Source of the DNA: Candidatus Omnitrophota bacterium
GTDB taxonomy: Bacteria > Omnitrophota > Gorgyraeia > Duberdicusellales > 4484-171
Length of the DNA stretch: 28,859 nt
Assembly (NCBI GenBank): GCA_028710385.1
Contig: JAQTUC010000002.1
Location: 1-28,859, forward strand
Reading direction: 5' to 3'
Shown here: positions 1 to 8,909 of the stretch, one piece after another
How positions within the stretch are numbered: position 1 is the stretch's first letter
Layout: the number at the start of each line of letters is the position of its first letter
Made by a program: the position numbers and the translations under genes
The notes under the pieces: model-generated
What the model saw: only the letters and a program-made list of their open reading frames with translations
What the model was told of the DNA's origin: nothing
The model's database searches: none

Positions 1-74
1 TTATTTATACTTTTGTTTTTCTGTATGTAAGTTAGTATTTTGGTTTTTAAACTCATTCATCCTCGCTTCGCCCG

Positions 75-160
75 GTTACACAGATTACGCATCACGTCAC
101 ACATTCCACGTATCACGTTTTTAAAGACGTGTTACGTGATACCTGTTACGTGATACTTTT
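75..160. repeat. Heptad-periodic imperfect palindrome, intergenic, downstream of pilB
   Basis: TGTTACGTGATAC at 130-142 and 144-156; GTATCACGT (110-118) is inverted to ACGTGATAC (134-142); left arm has a 7-nt NNNNCAC rhythm. Confidence 0.7.
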
Positions 161-174
161 TCAATCTACAATCA

Positions 175-1866
175 TCACAACGGCTCATCCGGGCCTGTAA
201 CTTTTAACACCTCTTCAAGCGTTGTCAGGCCTTTAATTATTTTAACCAATCCATCTTCCCTTAAGGTGCGCATGCCAAGCAGCCTTGCTTCTCTTTTTAT
301 TATATGCTCTGACACTGAACTAGTAATTAACGCTCTTACTTTTAAACCGACCGGGAGATACTCGCAAATAACGGTCCTTCCCTTATAACCTATATTCTGG
401 CAGGCAGAGCATCCTTTGGCTTTATAAAGTTTGGCGTCTTTGCTTATAGAATATTTTTCCCTGATTCCATCCGGCATTTTGTATTCTTCTTTGCATTTAG
501 GGCAAAGCGTGCGCACAAGACGCTGCGTTAAAACTCCTATAAGAGTTGATGAAAGCAAAAACGGCTCAATACCCATATTAAGAAGCCTGGTTACGGAGCC
601 GGCGCTCGTTGTTGTATGAAGGGTGGACAAAACCAGATGCCCTGTTAAGGCCGCCTTTATCGCGATATCCGCGGTGTCAAAATCCCTTATTTCGCCAATC
701 ATTATAATATCCGGATCCTGGCGCAGAATAGAGCGCAGGCATGATGCGAAAGTTAAATTTATCTGAGGATTAATGCTTACCTGGTTTATGCCTTTTAACT
801 GGTATTCTATCGGGTCTTCTACCGTTATAATATTTTTTTCCGGGCTATAAACATGGGATATGGCAGCATAAAGAGATGTTGTCTTGCCGCTTCCTGTGGG
901 GCCGCAAACAAGAATAAGGCCGTGGGGCTTTAAGCTGTCTTCTTTTATTCCTTTTAAAACATCCTGTTCAAACCCCAAAAGGTCCAGGTCAAGAAGCGCT
1001 GTGGTTTTATCCAAAATTCTTAAAGCACATTTTTCGCCCATGCTTGAGGGAAGAACAGAAACCCTGAAATCAATATTTCTGTCCATGATAATGCTTCTGA
1101 ACCTGCCTTCCTGAGGAAGCCTGTGCTCTGCAATATTTAAATTGCACATTACTTTTATGCGCGAGACTACAAAAGGATGCATTTTTTTGGGGAAACTCTC
1201 TGCTTCCTTAAGAAGACCGTCAACTCTGAATCTTACACGGCTGGTTTTTTCAAGCGGCTCTATCAATATATCCGACGCTCGCGCGTATACGGCTTTTTTT
1301 AATACCGAATTTGTAAACTTTATTACCGGCGCTTCATCTATTGAGCCTATTTCTTCCTCTACAGCGTCTTTATCTCTTATTATTTCAAGATTTTCAGGTT
1401 TTTGGCCGCCTATAATATCCTCAAGCGAAGTAAGCGGCTGGCGGCTGTAATGGGTGGCTATCGCCTCTTTCATTTCGGAAAAAGGCGCTATAACGGGATT
1501 TATTTCGCATCCTGTGATTTTTTTTAAGTCATCTATGGCAAGGACATTTAATGGGTCGCTCATCGCAACAGTTACTGTGTTGCCGATTTTTCCTATAGGC
1601 ATAACCTGCAGGCTGGCTGCGGTTTTTTCAGGTATAAGGTCAAGAATTTCTTTTGTGATATTGAGGTTTAAAACGCGCATCGGGGGAACCGAAAGATAAC
1701 CGGAAAGTATGCTAACGAGCTGCGCCTCCTGCATAATCCCAAGCTTAACGAATAACTCAACCAAAGACCCGCCCTTTTCTTTCTGCATAGAAAGGGCCTT
1801 TTCAAGGTCTTCTTTGGAAACAAGTTTATTATCTATCAGGTAGTCGGTAAATTTTTCTTTTGTCAT
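175..1866 (-). CDS. pilB: Type IV pilus assembly / GspE-family ATPase (PilB-like)
   Basis: Walker A GPTGSGKTT, TVEDPIEY Asp box, Walker B LRQDPDIIMIGEIRD, His box GHLVLSTLHT, CPKC...CSAC zinc motif, N-terminal T2SSE_N domain. Confidence 0.93.
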   Translation of the reverse strand: MTKEKFTDYLIDNKLVSKEDLEKALSMQKEKGGSLVELFVKLGIMQEAQLVSILSGYLSVPPMRVLNLNITKEILDLIPEKTAASLQVMPIGKIGNTVTVAMSDPLNVLAIDDLKKITGCEINPVIAPFSEMKEAIATHYSRQPLTSLEDIIGGQKPENLEIIRDKDAVEEEIGSIDEAPVIKFTNSVLKKAVYARASDILIEPLEKTSRVRFRVDGLLKEAESFPKKMHPFVVSRIKVMCNLNIAEHRLPQEGRFRSIIMDRNIDFRVSVLPSSMGEKCALRILDKTTALLDLDLLGFEQDVLKGIKEDSLKPHGLILVCGPTGSGKTTSLYAAISHVYSPEKNIITVEDPIEYQLKGINQVSINPQINLTFASCLRSILRQDPDIIMIGEIRDFDTADIAIKAALTGHLVLSTLHTTTSAGSVTRLLNMGIEPFLLSSTLIGVLTQRLVRTLCPKCKEEYKMPDGIREKYSISKDAKLYKAKGCSACQNIGYKGRTVICEYLPVGLKVRALITSSVSEHIIKREARLLGMRTLREDGLVKIIKGLTTLEEVLKVTGPDEPL

Positions 1867-1867
1867 A

Positions 1868-2305
1868 TCAATAGAATTTCTCTATAGCTTTTCTTATGTC
1901 CGAGGGGGTGCTTACAAAAATCTGGATATCGCAGCGGGTTAAATCTTCAAGGTCTTCTATGGCCTGGACGTTTAAGGGGTTTGCTATGGCAACAGTAAGC
2001 GTTCCTCCTATCTTATCCAAAGCTATCAGGCAATAATGAGTTGCCACATTTTTCGGTATCAGGGCAACTGTGTCCTTGGAAACTTCGTAGTTTTCCAGAG
2101 GAAGATAAGGAAAACCGAATTGAAGGCTAAGGCAATGCGCAATTTCATCTTCCTTGGCAAATCCGAGCCTTACAATAACCTCCCCTATCAAACCACCTTC
2201 TTTATTCTGGGCAGCCAAAGCTTTTTCCAGCTGTTCAAAAGTGATAACGCCCCTTTCTACCAGAATCTGGCCTAAAGGTTTTTCTGCTTTTTTTGGAGAC
2301 TTCAT
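1868..2305 (-). CDS. Stand-alone MshEN/T2SSE_N domain protein (145 aa)
   Basis: PLGQILVERGVITFEQLEKALAAQ-NKEGG-LIGEVIVRLGFAKEDEIAHCLSLQ tandem MshEN-like motif; paralogous to the PilB N-terminus. Start re-called at ATG 2305, just past the upstream stop at 2307; the ORF track uses TTG 2338. Confidence 0.85.
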   Translation of the reverse strand: MKSPKKAEKPLGQILVERGVITFEQLEKALAAQNKEGGLIGEVIVRLGFAKEDEIAHCLSLQFGFPYLPLENYEVSKDTVALIPKNVATHYCLIALDKIGGTLTVAIANPLNVQAIEDLEDLTRCDIQIFVSTPSDIRKAIEKFY

Positions 2306-2306
2306 T

Positions 2307-3638
2307 TTATTCCGATGTGCCGATGTGGGATTCGGCAAAAAGTATAAGTTCTTTTGCAGTCACTCCATCTATCGGATTTTCCGCTACAGAAAAGGAGAGC
2401 TTAATCTGGCCTTTAAAATTATCCTCTATCTTTTTCTTAAGATCGTTCGCAATTACCTGCGATTGCCTTTTATTTTTTTCTATTAAAATAGCGCATAAAC
2501 GGTTTAATCCGAATCTGCCAGGTATATCTATGGGCCTTAAACTTTCTTTAAACATTTTCGCTGTTTTCTTTATCAATTTTTCAGTCTCAATATGCCCGAA
2601 ATTTTTTTGATAGTCATCAAAATTTGATATTTCCATAAACAAAAAGGCACAAGGCCTCTGGTAGGAAAGAGACCTTACCATTTCTTCATCAAGCCTTTTT
2701 TCAATATACTTTTCGTTATAAAGGCCTGTAAGATAGTCAAATACTTCCAGTTCATCAACCTTGTGCGAAAGCCTTTTATGCTCCCAGATGATTGCGACAT
2801 TCTGCGTAAAAAGGCTGAGCACGCTTAAATCATCTTTGCTGAATACAAAATTATCGCTGTTTGTTGCGGCAAGTAATGAGCCTACCTGCTGGTTTCTGGA
2901 AAACACAGGCATAATAACTACCGTGTTTAAGCCAAACTCTTTCGCAAATTTCATATAGGGGAAATCTTTGTTTTCCTTATCCAAAATCAGCGTCCTTCCG
3001 GTTCTGCCGAAATTCTTAAGCTCGTTGGAAAGAATTTCTTCTGCTTTCGCGGCATCAATACCGCTGTAACTTACCAACTGGAAATTACCGGAAGTTTCGT
3101 CAATCAGGGTACAAAAACTTATTTTCATTTCCAATAACTCCGTAAGGCGCTGGTTCAGGAATTGAAGTATCTCCCTGGAAGGGACTTCTTTTGAAAATAA
3201 ATCATTTGCCTGAAGGATAGTAGACAATACCAAAACCTTTTTTGAAACCTCCTGGTTAAGCTCCTCGGCTTTCTGGCTGAAATCTTTAAGCTGTTCCAGT
3301 CCGCTTCTCATTTTGGAGGAAAGTATGTCTATCACCGATTCAAGGCTCTGCACTTCATTGGCGACATCCGGAGCGTCTTCTCCTATATTTTGAAGAGTCT
3401 TTCTGGAGTTAGTGTACACCCTTGCGATTGAAGCAAAAACTTCAAAAATTATCCACCAACCAAGCAATACAATCACTAAGGCAACCAGTATGGCAGGAAC
3501 TGAAATATACAATCCGCTGAAGTGGTATAAGATGACAATGACGGGAATAACCGTAACGAGAGATATGGCTATCCAGATTTTTCTTTTCAGACTTAATGTT
3601 TGAATTGAAAATTTTTTCTTGGCTTCGTTTTTAGCCAT
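2307..3638 (-). CDS. Membrane protein with 2 TM, GAF-like domain and degenerate GGDEF domain
   Basis: Two N-terminal hydrophobic helices; DYLTGLYN, NFDDYQKNFGH and LRPIDIPGRFGLNRL match a GGDEF fold with the signature replaced by GLNRL and the RxxD I-site (RPID) kept. Confidence 0.85.
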   Translation of the reverse strand: MAKNEAKKKFSIQTLSLKRKIWIAISLVTVIPVIVILYHFSGLYISVPAILVALVIVLLGWWIIFEVFASIARVYTNSRKTLQNIGEDAPDVANEVQSLESVIDILSSKMRSGLEQLKDFSQKAEELNQEVSKKVLVLSTILQANDLFSKEVPSREILQFLNQRLTELLEMKISFCTLIDETSGNFQLVSYSGIDAAKAEEILSNELKNFGRTGRTLILDKENKDFPYMKFAKEFGLNTVVIMPVFSRNQQVGSLLAATNSDNFVFSKDDLSVLSLFTQNVAIIWEHKRLSHKVDELEVFDYLTGLYNEKYIEKRLDEEMVRSLSYQRPCAFLFMEISNFDDYQKNFGHIETEKLIKKTAKMFKESLRPIDIPGRFGLNRLCAILIEKNKRQSQVIANDLKKKIEDNFKGQIKLSFSVAENPIDGVTAKELILFAESHIGTSE

Positions 3639-3719
3639 ATATTTTGATTTTAAATTACCGCTTATGTTAAGCGCCCCGCACCTTTATTAAATAAAGCTTA
3701 ACATTTTTTGTGCTGCGTG

Positions 3720-4106
3720 TCAATTAAAGCTGGTTTCCTTAAAGGAAAGTATTACGTTTATGCCCTTAAGTATCTCATCTATGGTGTAAGGTTTTGTAAC
3801 GTAGTAATCTGCCTCCATGGAGTAACCCTTTTTTATATCATCTATTTCTTTTTTTCCGGTTGCAAGCATAACGAAAACATCGGGCTTATTTTTCTTAATC
3901 CACCTAAGCACTTCCAAACCGTCAAGCTGCGGCAGCATTATATCCAGAACAACCACATCGGGCATAAAATCCTGTACCTTTTGTATGGCGTCTTTCCCGT
4001 CTTCGGAAGTTTCAACTGTAAACTCCAGCCGGCGCAGGCCATCCGCCAGAAAAGTCAGGGTTTCTTTTTCGTCTTCCACAATCAGAATTTTTCTGCCTCT
4101 AATCAT
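3720..4106 (-). CDS. Single-domain response regulator (CheY-like receiver)
   Basis: ILIVEDE, phosphoacceptor in VVLDIMLP, LATG, YVTKP. Confidence 0.92.
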   Translation of the reverse strand: MIRGRKILIVEDEKETLTFLADGLRRLEFTVETSEDGKDAIQKVQDFMPDVVVLDIMLPQLDGLEVLRWIKKNKPDVFVMLATGKKEIDDIKKGYSMEADYYVTKPYTIDEILKGINVILSFKETSFN

Positions 4107-4143
4107 GCGGCACCTCTTTTTTTTTGAATTTATTTCTCATATA

Positions 4144-4216
4144 TTTTCAAAAATTAGTGCTGGGTTAAATTCGGCTACATTCTTTTCCGGACTTTCTGTC
4201 CGAAAAAGGGTAAGTC
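4144..4216. repeat. Single copy of a dispersed REP-like element
   Basis: TTTTCAAAAATTAGTGCTGGGTTAAATTC (4144-4172) is identical to 16216-16244 and is followed by a hairpin (TTTTCCGGAC...GTCCGAAAAA). Confidence 0.8.
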
Positions 4217-4747
4217 TCATTTTATTTCGCCTTTTTTTATCGCTGTTATCATGTCCCGCAGGAAACCGCTTTCTGCGCTTGCTAATTTAAAATGATGCTT
4301 AAGGAGAAGCGTTAAATTCTTCGGTATATCTTTCTGCTCTTTTTCTTTCATGAGCAGCCACCGTTTTACTTTTTCCAAAAACCAGAGCCTGAGCCTTAGC
4401 AACGGTAAAATTTTTTTCTTGTCAAGGAAAGGCAGAAAATATAACGCCACATCCAATTCAACGAAAGGCTGGCGTTGGGAAAGGAACACTTCCCGGCAAA
4501 GTTCAAAGAATTCTTTTTCTCCGTGAGGCGTTATATAATAAATGTATTTATTGAGATTGTTCTCTCCCCTAAGCTCCTTTTTTTTTACAAGGCCTTCTTC
4601 CTCCATTCTGCTTAAGGGGTAATATATGGACTGCATTTCAAATTCAGAAAAAATACCCATTTCTTTCTGAATTATTTTTTTTATCTGATAGCCATGCTTG
4701 GGCCCTTCCTTCAAGATGCCTAAAATAACGAGCCTTTGTATTTTCAT
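4217..4747 (-). CDS. PadR-family transcriptional regulator
   Basis: ILGILKEGPKHGYQI...SIYYPLSRMEEEGLV...YYITPHGE winged helix; start overlaps the accA stop (ATGA). Confidence 0.9.
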   Translation of the reverse strand: MKIQRLVILGILKEGPKHGYQIKKIIQKEMGIFSEFEMQSIYYPLSRMEEEGLVKKKELRGENNLNKYIYYITPHGEKEFFELCREVFLSQRQPFVELDVALYFLPFLDKKKILPLLRLRLWFLEKVKRWLLMKEKEQKDIPKNLTLLLKHHFKLASAESGFLRDMITAIKKGEIK

Positions 4748-5697
4748 TCCTTAAAGACACCCATTTTCCTGAATTTATCGTACCTTAATTTAATAAGCGC
4801 GTCCATATCTATGCCTGACAATTCTTTAAGGTTTTTAAGTATGGCTTCTTTTAAATTTTTTCCTGTTATGTCATAGTTTCTATGCGCTCCGCCTTCCGGC
4901 TCCTGCACAATTTCATCTATTATGCCAAGGCTCAATAAATCCGGCGCTGTAAGTTTTAGCACCTTTGCCGCTTCTTTCTTCTGTGCCGCATCTTTCCATA
5001 AAATAGCGGCGCAGCCTTCGGGAGAAATTACCGAATAATAAGCGTATTCCATTATTAAAACTTTATCCCCGACTCCGATGCCCAAAGCCCCGCCGGAGCC
5101 GCCTTCGCCTATTACAACAACGACAATAGGGCTTCTTATGGCAAACATATCCCTTATATTTTCCGCAATGGCAAGGGCCTGGCCCCTTTCTTCAGCACCC
5201 ACTCCCGGGTATGCTCCTGGCGTATCCACAAGGCAGACCACGGGAAGGCCGGATCTTTCCCCAAGACGCATAAGCCTTATTGCCTTACGGTAACCTTCCG
5301 GGTTTGCGCAGCCAAAACTTCTTATAATGTTTTCTTTTGTGTCTTTTCCTTTTTGATGGCCTATTACAACAATTTTTTTATCGTCCAGCATAGCAAGTCC
5401 CGCGACAATCGCTCTGTCTTCGCCGAAAAGCCTGTCGCCGGACAAAAGCACAAAATCCTTCATTATAAGATTAATGTAATCAAGGGTGGTCGGCCTTTTG
5501 GGGTGCCTGGCAATCTGAATTTTTTGCCAGGGAGAGAGGTTTGAATAAATTCCTTTTTTAAGGGTTTTTAACTTTTTCTCAAGATTATTTATTTCTGCGG
5601 ATAAGTCAACTTCCTTTTCCGCAGAAAATTTCCTGAGTTCCTCAATTTTTTTTTCCAGCTCTATGACTGGTTTTTCAAAATCCCAATTTTCTATCAT
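4744..5697 (-). CDS. accA: Acetyl-CoA carboxylase carboxyltransferase subunit alpha
   Basis: QIARHPKRP, PEGYRKAIRLM, DTPGAYPG, GEGGSGGALG, YYSVISPEGCAAILWK. Confidence 0.97.
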   Translation of the reverse strand: MIENWDFEKPVIELEKKIEELRKFSAEKEVDLSAEINNLEKKLKTLKKGIYSNLSPWQKIQIARHPKRPTTLDYINLIMKDFVLLSGDRLFGEDRAIVAGLAMLDDKKIVVIGHQKGKDTKENIIRSFGCANPEGYRKAIRLMRLGERSGLPVVCLVDTPGAYPGVGAEERGQALAIAENIRDMFAIRSPIVVVVIGEGGSGGALGIGVGDKVLIMEYAYYSVISPEGCAAILWKDAAQKKEAAKVLKLTAPDLLSLGIIDEIVQEPEGGAHRNYDITGKNLKEAILKNLKELSGIDMDALIKLRYDKFRKMGVFKE

Positions 5698-5707
5698 TGT
5701 TTACGGC

Positions 5708-5767
5708 CTTCAGCTATCAGCTATCGGCTGTCAGCTGCTGAGAGCTGACGCCTGAAGACTGAAAGCT
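5708..5767. repeat. Heptad-periodic palindromic repeat between the L,D-transpeptidase gene and accA
   Basis: CTATCAG CTATCGG CTGTCAG / CTGCTGA GAGCTGA CGCCTGA AGACTGA: 7-nt units whose two halves are roughly complementary. Confidence 0.75.
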
Positions 5768-5769
5768 TT

Positions 5770-6570
5770 TTAATCTACAATGGTTACTTCTGTGCCTACG
5801 GGCACTATATCGTATAATTCCTCAACCTCGTCATTGCGCATTCTGACACACCCAAGGGTTACCTGTTTACCGAGATCTTCCGGCATTGTGGTGCCGTGTA
5901 TGCCATAACCTTTTAATTCAAAACCCAGCCATCTGGTGCCCAGGATATTCTCCGGGCTATCCGGAGGAACAACCGCGCCCGCCCTGAACCAGGTGGGATT
6001 AGGCTGCTTGTTTATAATTTTAAAAACACCTACCGGAGTTGAATTATTTTTTCCGGTTGAAACTACATAAGTCTTTACTATTTCATTGCCTACCTTAAGG
6101 AAAAGAATATTCTGCGATTTATCAACGACTATGGAAAATTTACATGTGTTTACTTTTAACCCCTGATCCGGCCTTATAATATCAGATGTTATGTTGTTTG
6201 CTCTTTTAATCAGCTCAATCGTTGTGTTGTTTTCCTTGGCTATTTTTGCCAGGCTGTCATTAGGCTTAACAGTGTATTTTTTTGCGCATTTATCCATTAT
6301 GGGAGAAAATAAAACTTTTATATTTATATCCTCTATTTTTTTCTGTATTTCCTTAAGCCCTGCCGTATCGTCTACTTTTTCGCGGGCTTGCTCGTAAAGC
6401 TTTCTTGCCTGAAGCAAATCACCGTTTAAAAAAGCCATATCAGCTTCTTTAATATAACCCTTCTGCGCGCCTAAGTGAGCGCCGTCGGGCTTTCTGCCTA
6501 AAACCAGCAACGCAGCCAATATCCCGACGATTACAACACCTGCTATGACTATTATAAATTGCTTCTTCAT
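5770..6570 (-). CDS. Membrane-anchored LysM + L,D-transpeptidase (YkuD family)
   Basis: N-terminal TM; LysM YTVKPNDSLAKIAKENNTTIELIKRANNI; catalytic GIHGT...LGCVRM. Confidence 0.93.
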   Translation of the reverse strand: MKKQFIIVIAGVVIVGILAALLVLGRKPDGAHLGAQKGYIKEADMAFLNGDLLQARKLYEQAREKVDDTAGLKEIQKKIEDINIKVLFSPIMDKCAKKYTVKPNDSLAKIAKENNTTIELIKRANNITSDIIRPDQGLKVNTCKFSIVVDKSQNILFLKVGNEIVKTYVVSTGKNNSTPVGVFKIINKQPNPTWFRAGAVVPPDSPENILGTRWLGFELKGYGIHGTTMPEDLGKQVTLGCVRMRNDEVEELYDIVPVGTEVTIVD

Positions 6571-6615
6571 CTTGTATCCTCCTTCAAGATTGTTCCTACA
6601 AGTTGTAAGTTTATT

Positions 6616-7065
6616 TTATTTATAGAATATTAAGGTGATGATAATTCCTATGAGTGCCCCTGCGAAAACTTCTATAGGGGTGTGGCCTGCCAGTTCTTTT
6701 AAGCGGTCGTCCTGGATTTTACGCTTGCTGTGTAAATCATCCATAATCCTGTTAAGTATGCGGGCCTGAACACCTATAGATCAGCGCCATGTCTGCGCAT
6801 CAAACAGTGTCATAAGCGCAAAAAAACAACTCATGGCAAAAAGCGGGGAAGAAAATCCCACTTCTTTACCCAAAGAAAAAGCAAGGCCGACTACTGCCGC
6901 GCTATGCGCAGAAGGCATGCCTCCGGTGCGCAGAATCCAGTTAAAGTTGAATTTCTTTTCCGTAACAAGGCCTATAACCACTTTTAAGCCCTGGGCTGTT
7001 ACCCAGCTTAAATTGGTAATCCAGAAAACCTTGTTAATCCATATGCCTTGAAGGCCGTTTTCCAT
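6616..7065 (-). pseudogene. Divergent PAP2 / DUF212 (YuiD-like) gene interrupted by one in-frame TGA at 6781-6783
   Basis: GGMPSAHSA motif. After the TGA the same frame continues SIGVQARILN...RLKELAGHTPIEVFAGALIG to TAA at 6616-6618, which is the expected family C-terminus. Confidence 0.85.
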
Positions 7066-7073
7066 AATTTATT

Positions 7074-7102
7074 ATTATAAAGAAAAAAGGTTATTTGGGC
7101 AA
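7074..7102 (-). promoter_or_regulatory. Candidate sigma70 promoter for the DUF212 gene (near-leaderless mRNA)
   Basis: TTGCCC (7102-7097)-N17-TATAAT (7079-7074); ATG at 7065 with no SD. Confidence 0.55.
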
Positions 7103-7168
7103 CTAAATATTTAGGCGGTTTGCTTAAATTTGGCTGAATTTGCTGCAAAATGCGGGTTTTTTGCCTGA

Positions 7169-7600
7169 TTAATACAAAACAATACCCTGTTCGTTTAACT
7201 CATTGACGGTTTGCTGGCTTGGCCGTTTGCCGATTTTTGTTACCCCAGGTGCAGGTTTTTCGCGGGCAGGCGAAGAGTTTGCCTCCTCTCCTGAGGCAGC
7301 ATAAGAACCAGAGGCGGGCGCCTCTTTTTTCTCCGGAACAGTTATTGCTTTTTTTGTTTCAGGCAATAAACTTTCTTCTTTTGGTTTCGCCCTTTTAATA
7401 ACTGTTATGGAGGGTTTACCGGGTTCCTTTAAAAGCGCCCCAATGCGCGCGCTTGCGGTATCCGCTGGTCGGAAAGAAATTTCCTGAGCAACCTTATTCA
7501 TGGTCGCCGCTGGATCATTGACGGCATTCCTTCTATTAATAAGAATTAAAATAAATATAGTGGCAAGGACAAAAGCTATGTATATGTATTTTTGCTTCAT
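7169..7600 (-). CDS. Hypothetical protein with N-terminal TM/signal, last gene of the pilin operon
   Basis: Hydrophobic N-terminus, Pro/Ala/Lys-rich linker; starts 3 nt after the upstream stop. Confidence 0.7.
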   Translation of the reverse strand: MKQKYIYIAFVLATIFILILINRRNAVNDPAATMNKVAQEISFRPADTASARIGALLKEPGKPSITVIKRAKPKEESLLPETKKAITVPEKKEAPASGSYAASGEEANSSPAREKPAPGVTKIGKRPSQQTVNELNEQGIVLY

Positions 7601-7602
7601 AC

Positions 7603-8907
7603 TTAATCTTCCTCCCAGGACAACGTAATATAATCTCCGGTAGTAGGCATAAAAGGCGGCGGAGAACTGAGCAGCCTTGAATCATAAGAATAATTCTTGG
7701 AATAACCGCTTACTTTCTGGCCGGTTGAACCGTTGAATGTCCCAACAGGGCCTCTTTCATCCTGTATTATTCCTCCGTAAACCGTTAAAGTGCCCTTTGC
7801 CGGGCCGACCCAATAATTCTCCATCATAAAAGAAGTGTTCAGCGCCATGGCGCATGCATCTATTTCCATATTGGACGGCGCAGAATCATCTACAACTATG
7901 TCTGATTCGGATATAATCCCCATTGTATCATCCGAAGCGGGATTTACCCGCGGATTGTCGGCGTAAACTATGCTATTTGGTATAACAACGTCGGCGCTGG
8001 CGCCCACAGTAAGCCTGCCGTTTAGCGTGCCTGATATGGTTAAATTGCCGCCGCTTACGAACAAAGCTCCGTTAGCCGGTATGCTCATATTCTTATTGTT
8101 CCATTTCTTTTTGGAATTAGTAACGTTCATGGTGCCGTTACTGTTTAAAACTACTCTGGAGTTGCCTTGCAAGTATATGCCGCCGCTTGCGGCTGCTGAG
8201 CGAAGGCTCAATGCCTGGCTGGGCATATTAATAGTTTCCGCACCAAAACCAACGCCCTCCTCAAAAGTAGGCTCATCGTAAGGCGCGTTAGTCAGCTGTG
8301 TTGAATTTATGTTGTTTCCGTTATTGTAATAACGCAAATAATCATCCACCGAACGGACTTCACTCTGAAACACAGGGTCTCCTGCAATATTGAAATGGCC
8401 GTTTGTATGCGTAGGCCCGTTTAAAGTATCGTTGGTATTAAACCACACGTTTGACCCGTCAAAAACTTCTCTATCCGTAAACCAGAGATAGCGCGCGTAG
8501 TTGTCAACCTGAACATAATTGGCAAGGATCCTTCTTGCGTTTCCGAAAATTCCGGTTGAGGTTACCTTGTATCTGCGAATGCCTGTTGAAGCGCCAACCA
8601 TTCCAAGGTCAGCGATAACAACGCTGTAAGTACCTCCTCCAAGGCTCTCTACAGAACCCCAGGGATTTGTCCTGTCGCCTATTGGAGGGGAGGACTGGGA
8701 CCTTAGCCATACAATAGCGTGATCAAGGCCGGCTTCAGCAATATTAAAAGCAGCAGTTCTTCTTTTAAATATATCCACAAGAAGGCTTTGATTTATGCCT
8801 ATGCTTATAAACGCTGCCGCATACATAAGAAGAGCCACTATAACCACCAAACTTAGCATAAGCGTTGAGCCTTTTTTGTTTTTAAGTTTTATAGGTGTGT
8901 TATACAT
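7603..8907 (-). CDS. PilX-like minor pilin, cassette 2 (DUF4900-like C-terminal region)
   Basis: KNKKG|STLMLSLVVIVALL class III signal lacking Glu+5 (PilX-type); AFNIAEAGLDHA PilX N-terminal motif. Confidence 0.75.
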   Translation of the reverse strand: MYNTPIKLKNKKGSTLMLSLVVIVALLMYAAAFISIGINQSLLVDIFKRRTAAFNIAEAGLDHAIVWLRSQSSPPIGDRTNPWGSVESLGGGTYSVVIADLGMVGASTGIRRYKVTSTGIFGNARRILANYVQVDNYARYLWFTDREVFDGSNVWFNTNDTLNGPTHTNGHFNIAGDPVFQSEVRSVDDYLRYYNNGNNINSTQLTNAPYDEPTFEEGVGFGAETINMPSQALSLRSAAASGGIYLQGNSRVVLNSNGTMNVTNSKKKWNNKNMSIPANGALFVSGGNLTISGTLNGRLTVGASADVVIPNSIVYADNPRVNPASDDTMGIISESDIVVDDSAPSNMEIDACAMALNTSFMMENYWVGPAKGTLTVYGGIIQDERGPVGTFNGSTGQKVSGYSKNYSYDSRLLSSPPPFMPTTGDYITLSWEED

Positions 8908-8909
8908 AG

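Noticed and set aside
1-60. 19-codon - strand ORF MNEFKNQ...
   Set aside because: Too short, poorly spaced SD and no recognisable motif.
3664-3704. Hairpin ATGTTAAGC...GCTTAACAT containing CCCCGCACC upstream of the GGDEF gene, considered as a c-di-GMP riboswitch
   Set aside because: No GEMM or class II consensus. It may be a degenerate relative of the CCCCACACC repeat, but support is too weak.
6781-6783. TGA reassignment or selenocysteine
   Set aside because: TGA is a normal stop for pilB, the MshEN gene, padR and accA, and the expected residue is Arg rather than Cys.
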